Part shown: positions 58,553-64,000 of the stretch, in pieces
Layout of the letters: each line of letters opens with the position of its first letter
How positions within the stretch are numbered: position 1 is the stretch's first letter
Assembly (NCBI GenBank): GCA_963422375.2
Contig: OY729428.2
Location: 864,001 to 928,000, forward strand
Source: Bryobacterales bacterium
GTDB lineage: Bacteria; Acidobacteriota; Terriglobia; Bryobacterales; UBA6623
Length of the DNA stretch: 64,000 bases
Direction of reading: 5' to 3'
Position numbers and translations under genes: made by a program
Notes under the pieces: model-generated
Databases searched by the model: none
What the model was told of the DNA's origin: nothing
Seen by the model: the letters and a program-made list of their open reading frames with translations, nothing else

Positions 58553-59616
58553 CGCGCCCGGCTGACGGCCCGCCCGGCGACGGCCGCGGGCTCGGGGGCC
58601 CGCGCGTCCGCCGCGTCCAGCGGCACGCTGACCGGCTTGTAGTGGAACCAGCTCGCCATGTAGTCGTCGCCGGCCCGCCGCCTCTCCTGGATGAGCCGCC
58701 GCTTGCGCACGGTGCGCTCGAAGTCGCGCAGCACGTAGTAGAAGGCCCTGAGCGAGGTCCGCTCCACCAGCAGGCAGTACCCCACGATGCCTAGGTCCCG
58801 CAGCGAGACGTGCAGGAAGTTGCGCAGGTACAGGCCCGGAGTGATGTTCTTGATCCGCATGAGGAAGCGGTTCTTGACCGAGTGCATGTTGATCTCGGCG
58901 GGCAGCTCGCTGCGCATCCCGGGCCGCAGCTTGCGCACGTGATAGGCCGCGGCGAGCGGGTTGAAGATGCACTTCCAGCCCAGCAGCTGCGCCCGCCAGG
59001 CCACGTCGGCGTCCTCGCGGTAGGTGAAGAAGTCCGAGTCGAAGAACTCGCCGTCGACCGAGATGTCCTCGATCATTTCCCTGCGGTAGCAGGCCGCGGC
59101 CGCGGTGGCGCCGAACACGTACTCGAAGCTACGGTAGTGCCCGTTGTTCGATTCGAGGCAACCGCGGTCCTTGTGGCGCAAGTTGGGCGTGAAGTACATG
59201 CCCGTGGAGTCGAGGCGCTGCCCGACCTCGATGTCGAAGCTCGCGTCCGCGAGCAGCAGCTTGCCGCAGAGAGTGCCGGCCCGGCGGTCCAGCGAGGCGC
59301 TCTGCATGAGCCGCGTGACGAAGTTGGACAGCAGCAGCACGTCCGGGTTCAACGTCAGCACCCACTCGCCGGACGAGAGCGCGATCGCCTGGTTCTGCGC
59401 GGCGGCGAAGCCGACGTTGTCCTCGTTGTAGATCACCGTGCAGCGGTCCTCGAAGCGCTCGAGGATGTCGCAGGTGCCATCGGAGGAGGCGTTGTCGATG
59501 ACGATGACCTCGAGGGGCTCGTGCATCTGGTCGAGCACGGACTCCAGGCAGCGGCGGATGAACCTGCCGCTGTCGTAGGTGACAACGGTGACGGAAACGA
59601 GGGGCTGACCCGACAC
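58549..59616 (-). CDS. Glycosyltransferase family 2
   Basis: IDNASSDGT, NVGFAAAQN, LNPDV, FFTYREDAD. Confidence 0.93.
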   Translation of the reverse strand: MSGQPLVSVTVVTYDSGRFIRRCLESVLDQMHEPLEVIVIDNASSDGTCDILERFEDRCTVIYNEDNVGFAAAQNQAIALSSGEWVLTLNPDVLLLSNFVTRLMQSASLDRRAGTLCGKLLLADASFDIEVGQRLDSTGMYFTPNLRHKDRGCLESNNGHYRSFEYVFGATAAAACYRREMIEDISVDGEFFDSDFFTYREDADVAWRAQLLGWKCIFNPLAAAYHVRKLRPGMRSELPAEINMHSVKNRFLMRIKNITPGLYLRNFLHVSLRDLGIVGYCLLVERTSLRAFYYVLRDFERTVRKRRLIQERRRAGDDYMASWFHYKPVSVPLDAADARAPEPAAVAGRAVSRAR

Positions 59617-59661
59617 GAAAAACAGTCCGCTAGGCGTGCGTGCTCTAGGTGCCCGTCGCCT

Positions 59662-60588
59662 TCACCAAGGGCCCGCCCGGCGCGAGTACTCGAGTCGCAG
59701 GATGCGGAACGCCGCCACGTACGCGCCGAGCGCTTCGGAAGGCTCGCCCCGGACCCGGGAGCGGAGCGCGCGGAGCGCAAGGCCCGTTAGCACCGCAAGC
59801 CGCACGCGACGGTAGGCGCCGCGCGCAAAGTGCTTGTTGGCATATCGCAACATCCCACCATACCAAGCCCGCAGGCGGGCCTGCAGCGGCAGGCGCGAGA
59901 CCGCGTGCCCGCCGGCATGGCTGGCGGCGGCGAAGGGGACGTAGCGCAGTGCGAGACCGGCGTCGCGGAGCCGACGGCAGAGGTCGACATCCTCGAACCA
60001 CACCGGATGGAAACCGGCGTCCATGCCGCCAACCGTCTCCAAGGCGTCCCTCCGCAGCAGCAGGAATGCCCCCGCGGGCTGGCCCACCTCGGCCTCGCCG
60101 CCCAGGTCGAGGTCCAGCAGCCTGTAGCGCAGGTTGACCGGGTTGCGCGGCCACAGCCGGTTGATTCCCAATGCCTCGAAGGCCAGCGCCTGGGGGTCGG
60201 GCAGCGACCGGGCGTTGAAGCCCACTTGGGGGTCGCCGCCCGGGGCCGCCAGCAGCCCCCCGGCACCGGCGACGCCCTCGCGCCGACACGCGACGACCAG
60301 CGCCTCGAGGCCCGTGCGCAGCTCGCAGTCGGGATTCAGCAGGAGCACGAACGGCTCGCTCGTGGCCGCGACTCCGCGGTTCACGGCTCCCGCGAATCCG
60401 AGATTGCTGGCGCTGTCGATCCAGCGCACCCAGCCGTGCCTCGCGCGCAACTCGGGGGAACCCGACCGCGCCCGCGAGTTGTCGATCACCACCGCCTCGG
60501 CGACCCTGCCCTCGAGCGCGGCGAGGCAGCGCGGGAGCACTTCGGCGGACTCGTAGGCGACGACCACCGCGGCGACCGGGCAGCTCAC
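59662..60588 (-). CDS. Glycosyltransferase family 2
   Basis: GTG 60588 overlaps the upstream TGA; NLGFAGAVN, LLNPD, WFEDVDLC. Confidence 0.9.
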   Translation of the reverse strand: MSCPVAAVVVAYESAEVLPRCLAALEGRVAEAVVIDNSRARSGSPELRARHGWVRWIDSASNLGFAGAVNRGVAATSEPFVLLLNPDCELRTGLEALVVACRREGVAGAGGLLAAPGGDPQVGFNARSLPDPQALAFEALGINRLWPRNPVNLRYRLLDLDLGGEAEVGQPAGAFLLLRRDALETVGGMDAGFHPVWFEDVDLCRRLRDAGLALRYVPFAAASHAGGHAVSRLPLQARLRAWYGGMLRYANKHFARGAYRRVRLAVLTGLALRALRSRVRGEPSEALGAYVAAFRILRLEYSRRAGPW

Positions 60589-61601
60589 GCCGGCCCGCCC
60601 CGGTCCGACCGCGCGAGACGGAAATACCAATTCCAGTACGCATCCCATCCGGCGGCCCGCTGGAACGCCTCGATCTGGCGCTCGCTCGAGAGCAGCGCCG
60701 CGACGAGCGCGCCTTCGCCGGGCCTCGCCCCGGGACGCCAGCGGGCGCGCCAGTCGGCCAGGCCGAGACCGAATCCGCGCAGCCAGGCCATGGACCGGCC
60801 GCGCGACACGGCCAGCCCCGCCCAGAGCAGCTGGGCGACCAGCAGTTGCGGCCCGAATCGCAGCAGCATGGCCTCGGAGTAGTGCTTGGCCACCAGCAGG
60901 AGCTGGTGGCGCGTGATCCAAGCGACGCTGCGGTCGCTCCATGCCCCCGCCGTCGCGCTGCCCAAGTGCCAGCAGACGGCTCCGGGCACGTAGGCTCCTC
61001 CCAGGCCGAGAGCGGCGGCGCGCATGCCCAGGTCCACGTCCTCGAGGTACGCGAAGAAGGCTTCGTCGAACAGGCCTGCCCGGGCGAAGAACTCGCGCCG
61101 GAAGAGGCTGGCCGTGGCGGACGGGAAGAACGTCGCGGCCGGCCGGCCGAACGCAGGGCCGTCCGGCTTGCCGTGACCCAGGCGCCAGGCCGCACCGCCC
61201 CGGCACACCGCGTCGCCGGCCCCGTCCAGCCGGTCGCGTCGGGTCGCGTCGAGCACCCTGCCCGTGGCGAACCACGCACCCGCGGCGCGCGCTCCCGCGA
61301 GCAGGGCCGCCAGCCAGCCCTCGGAGAGCTCGACGTCGTTGTTCAGCAGCGCGACCCATTCGCCGCTGGCCCGCTCGATGCCTCGATTCAGGGCGAAGCC
61401 CACGCCCCGGTTCGAGCCCAGGGTCACGGCCAGCGCCCCGCTCGCACGGGCCACGTCCACTGACGCGTCGCGGGACCCGTTGTCCACCACGATCACCTCG
61501 GTGTCGGCCCCGGGGGGCAGCCGCTGCGCGGCCACCGAGCGCAAGAGCGCCGCCAGCAAGTCGGCCCGGTCGAGCTGGGGTACGACCACCGAGACGGTCA
61601 T
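60585..61601 (-). CDS. Glycosyltransferase family 2
   Basis: MTVSVVVP, VDNGSRD, LLNNDV, FFAYLEDVD. Confidence 0.92.
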   Translation of the reverse strand: MTVSVVVPQLDRADLLAALLRSVAAQRLPPGADTEVIVVDNGSRDASVDVARASGALAVTLGSNRGVGFALNRGIERASGEWVALLNNDVELSEGWLAALLAGARAAGAWFATGRVLDATRRDRLDGAGDAVCRGGAAWRLGHGKPDGPAFGRPAATFFPSATASLFRREFFARAGLFDEAFFAYLEDVDLGMRAAALGLGGAYVPGAVCWHLGSATAGAWSDRSVAWITRHQLLLVAKHYSEAMLLRFGPQLLVAQLLWAGLAVSRGRSMAWLRGFGLGLADWRARWRPGARPGEGALVAALLSSERQIEAFQRAAGWDAYWNWYFRLARSDRGGPA

Positions 61602-61684
61602 GGCGGGAGGGCGCCGGGGCCCAAGCCTTACACTATCCGAATGGTGGCCGCAGGCCGCCGGGCGCCGCGCCGAGCGGCCGGAAG

Positions 61685-62929
61685 ATGCCTCTTGGTTTGG
61701 ACACGGCCTGGGCGCGGTCCCAGTTTCCGGCCCTGCATCGGGACGCGGGCCGGGCGCCCGAAATCTTCTTCGACGGGCCGGGCGGCACGCAAGTGCCGCA
61801 GCGGGTGATCGACGCGGTCGCGGGCTACCTCGCCGGCTCCAACGCCAACATCCACGGCGCCTTCCGCACCAGCCGCGAGAGCGACCTCGTGGTGGAGGAC
61901 GCGCATGCGGCCGCGGCCGACCTGCTGGGCTGCGACGCCGCGGAGGTGGTGTTCGGTCCCAACATGACCACATTGGCCTTCTGGCTCAGCCGCGCGCTTG
62001 CCGAAGAGCTCGCGGCCGGCGACGAGATCCTCGTCACGAGACTCGACCACGACGCGAACTACGCGCCCTGGAAGAGCTTGGAGGATCGCGGCATCCGCGT
62101 CCGCGAGGCCCGCTTCCTCAGCGAGGACTGCACCCTCGACCGCGAGGACCTGAGATCCAAGCTGTCTGCCCGGACCAAGCTCGTGGCGGTCGGCTACGCC
62201 TCCAATGCGGTCGGCACGATCAACGACGTCACCGGAATCGTCCAAGACGCCCGCGCGACGGGCGCGCGCGTGTTCGTGGACGCGGTTCACTACGCTCCCC
62301 ACGGCCCGATCGACGTGCGGGCGCTGGACTGCGACTTCCTGACATGCTCGGCCTACAAGTTCTTCGGCCCGCACCAAGGGCTGCTCTTCGGCAAGCGCGA
62401 GCATCTCGAGCGGCTGCGGGCCTACAGGGTCCGCCCGGCCGACAGCCGCCTGCCGGGCAGGCTGGAGACAGGCACGCAGAACCACGAGTGCATGGCGGGG
62501 ACCTCGGCCGCGATCGGGTATCTGGCGGATCTCGGCCGGCGCTGCGGCGCGCCGGGCGGCGACCGGCGGGCCTGCTTGGTCGCGGCGATGCGGGCCGTGC
62601 GCGATTACGAGCGCGCGCTGGCAGCCCGCCTGATCCGCGGACTGCTGGACATTCCGGGCCTCGAGTTCTTCGGGATCCGGGACCGGAGCCAGCTGTGGCG
62701 ACGGGCGCCCACGGCGGCCATCCGGCTGGGCGGCATGCATCCGCGGCAAGTCGCCGAACGGCTTGGCGAGCAAGGAATCTTCGTCTGGGACGGAAACTTC
62801 TACGCCCTCAACGTCACCCAAGACCTGGGACTGGAGGACTCCGGGGGGCTGGTCCGGATCGGCCTCGCGCATTACAACACGGCCGGCGAGGTCGACCGGC
62901 TGCTCGACGCGCTCGACCGGCTGCGGTGA
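61685..62929 (+). CDS. Cysteine desulfurase-like protein (aminotransferase class V)
   Basis: FDGPGGTQVP, LDHDAN, VDAVHYAPH, CSAYKFFGPH (PLP lysine), ETGTQNHE. Confidence 0.93.
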   Translation: MPLGLDTAWARSQFPALHRDAGRAPEIFFDGPGGTQVPQRVIDAVAGYLAGSNANIHGAFRTSRESDLVVEDAHAAAADLLGCDAAEVVFGPNMTTLAFWLSRALAEELAAGDEILVTRLDHDANYAPWKSLEDRGIRVREARFLSEDCTLDREDLRSKLSARTKLVAVGYASNAVGTINDVTGIVQDARATGARVFVDAVHYAPHGPIDVRALDCDFLTCSAYKFFGPHQGLLFGKREHLERLRAYRVRPADSRLPGRLETGTQNHECMAGTSAAIGYLADLGRRCGAPGGDRRACLVAAMRAVRDYERALAARLIRGLLDIPGLEFFGIRDRSQLWRRAPTAAIRLGGMHPRQVAERLGEQGIFVWDGNFYALNVTQDLGLEDSGGLVRIGLAHYNTAGEVDRLLDALDRLR

Positions 62930-62950
62930 CCCGCCTCCGCGCTCCGGGCC

Positions 62951-63739
62951 CTAGAAGTCGGGCAGGTTCCTCATCATCGAGGCCGTGTCCCCGCCCCGCG
63001 CGAGACGCGCCGAGTCGAGGACGAGCCGGCTGCGATCGTGGAGCGTGCCGAGGTACCGCATGTCGGCGCGGGAGCCGCCCATCATGACGACGATGTACCC
63101 GCGGGAGGGGTACCTCAGCGCTTGGAACTGGAGCTCGTCCTCCCGGCCGCTGATCCACTCCTCCGTCTCGGGCCGCTCGAGCCTCCCCACCACGCTGAAG
63201 TAGCTGTCGCTCGCGGCTAGGCCCAGATAGCGCTGGTCCGACGTGTCCGTGTCCGGCTTGAAGAGCGCCTCGAACGGGTTGTGCAGGCCGCCCACGACGG
63301 CCACGAACCCGAGCACGGACACGAGCAGGCCCGCCGCGAGGGCGATGCCGAGCATGCGCACCACGCGCGCGTCCGAGCCGCTGAGCAGCCGCTGCTTCGG
63401 GGGCGGGGCGGCCGCCGTCTCCCGGGGGTGCCGCGCCGCCGGGGTGGACGGCATCTCCGTGACGACCCTGCGGTACGGATACACGCCGCCGGCCTTGAAC
63501 TCGAGCTCGCGCCTCAAGCCGAGAATGACGACCGGCGAACCGGTGCTGCTCAGGCCGCCCAGGTGGATTCGGGGTATCCAGAACTCCTGGCCGGACTCGC
63601 TGTTGCGGATGCGGGCTTCGGACCAAGTGCATTCCAGCAGGGTCCACTCGTTGTGCTCAATGCCCCGGATCGCCGGGTAGAAGGAGAACCGGCGGTTGCG
63701 GAGACCCTCCAGCGGCGACTGCGGCTCGGTCGGCGGCAT
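62951..63739 (-). CDS. Single-pass membrane hypothetical protein
   Basis: 262-aa ORF with coding-like bias and one central TM segment. Confidence 0.75.
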   Translation of the reverse strand: MPPTEPQSPLEGLRNRRFSFYPAIRGIEHNEWTLLECTWSEARIRNSESGQEFWIPRIHLGGLSSTGSPVVILGLRRELEFKAGGVYPYRRVVTEMPSTPAARHPRETAAAPPPKQRLLSGSDARVVRMLGIALAAGLLVSVLGFVAVVGGLHNPFEALFKPDTDTSDQRYLGLAASDSYFSVVGRLERPETEEWISGREDELQFQALRYPSRGYIVVMMGGSRADMRYLGTLHDRSRLVLDSARLARGGDTASMMRNLPDF

Positions 63740-63760
63740 GCACCTATCGCTCGTATTGTG

Positions 63761-64000
63761 TCACGGCTTGCGCATCACCAAGACACGGAACGTCTCCCCG
63801 AGACCGAACAGCAGCGACTTGAGCTGCATGCGCCGGCGGACCCGCTCCGCCTCGCTCGCGGCGGCCAGGGCGTACTCCAAGCCGTCGGCCTCCCCGGTCT
63901 CGAGCAGGAAGGCCTGCTGCGTGCGCAGCGGAGCCACCTCGAGGCCGGCCGCTCGCCCGGCTTCCATCAAGGCCGTGAAGTTCACGTGCGCGGTGATGTC
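63761..64000 (-). CDS. MidA/NDUFAF7-family SAM-dependent methyltransferase, C-terminal part
   Basis: DITAHVNFTAL...TQQAFLL...LGETFRVL; the 5' part lies beyond the window. Confidence 0.85.
   Translation of the reverse strand, partial: DITAHVNFTALMEAGRAAGLEVAPLRTQQAFLLETGEADGLEYALAAASEAERVRRRMQLKSLLFGLGETFRVLVMRKP

Overview
High-GC bacterial chromosome segment. The gene content (two Oar-type TonB-dependent receptors, a SpoIVB/S55 plus beta-propeller pair, a fused 2-oxoacid dehydrogenase E1 alpha/beta, a multiheme-TPR protein) suggests Acidobacteriota, possibly host-associated; both are inferences. The housekeeping backbone carries an RND efflux pair, DUF192, E1, ribH-nusB, PhoX, a desaturase, lysC-dapB, tRNA-Ser(GCT), pdxS-pdxT, ThuA, hemW, a metallophosphoesterase, DinG, four glycosyltransferases and a cysteine desulfurase-like gene. 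Two decaying accessory regions interrupt it. The first (about 6.3-19.4 kb) holds IS1380 and ISNCY relics, an IS630 nested inside another IS630, a pseudogenised octaheme HAO-like/NapC module, an intact heptaheme-TPR gene, a duplicated membrane-gene pair and an Rpn-like repeat gene with an internal start. The second (about 37.8-46.4 kb, downstream of tRNA-Ser) holds a broken membrane-protein gene, a 255-bp MITE, an intact MmeI-type restriction-modification gene and an IS1595. The best-supported hidden feature is a selenoprotein split by the ORF track: a peroxiredoxin-like domain with W-U-P-F-C and a SECIS-like hairpin, fused to a DsbD N-terminal domain (20178-21248). No CRISPR array or rRNA was seen.
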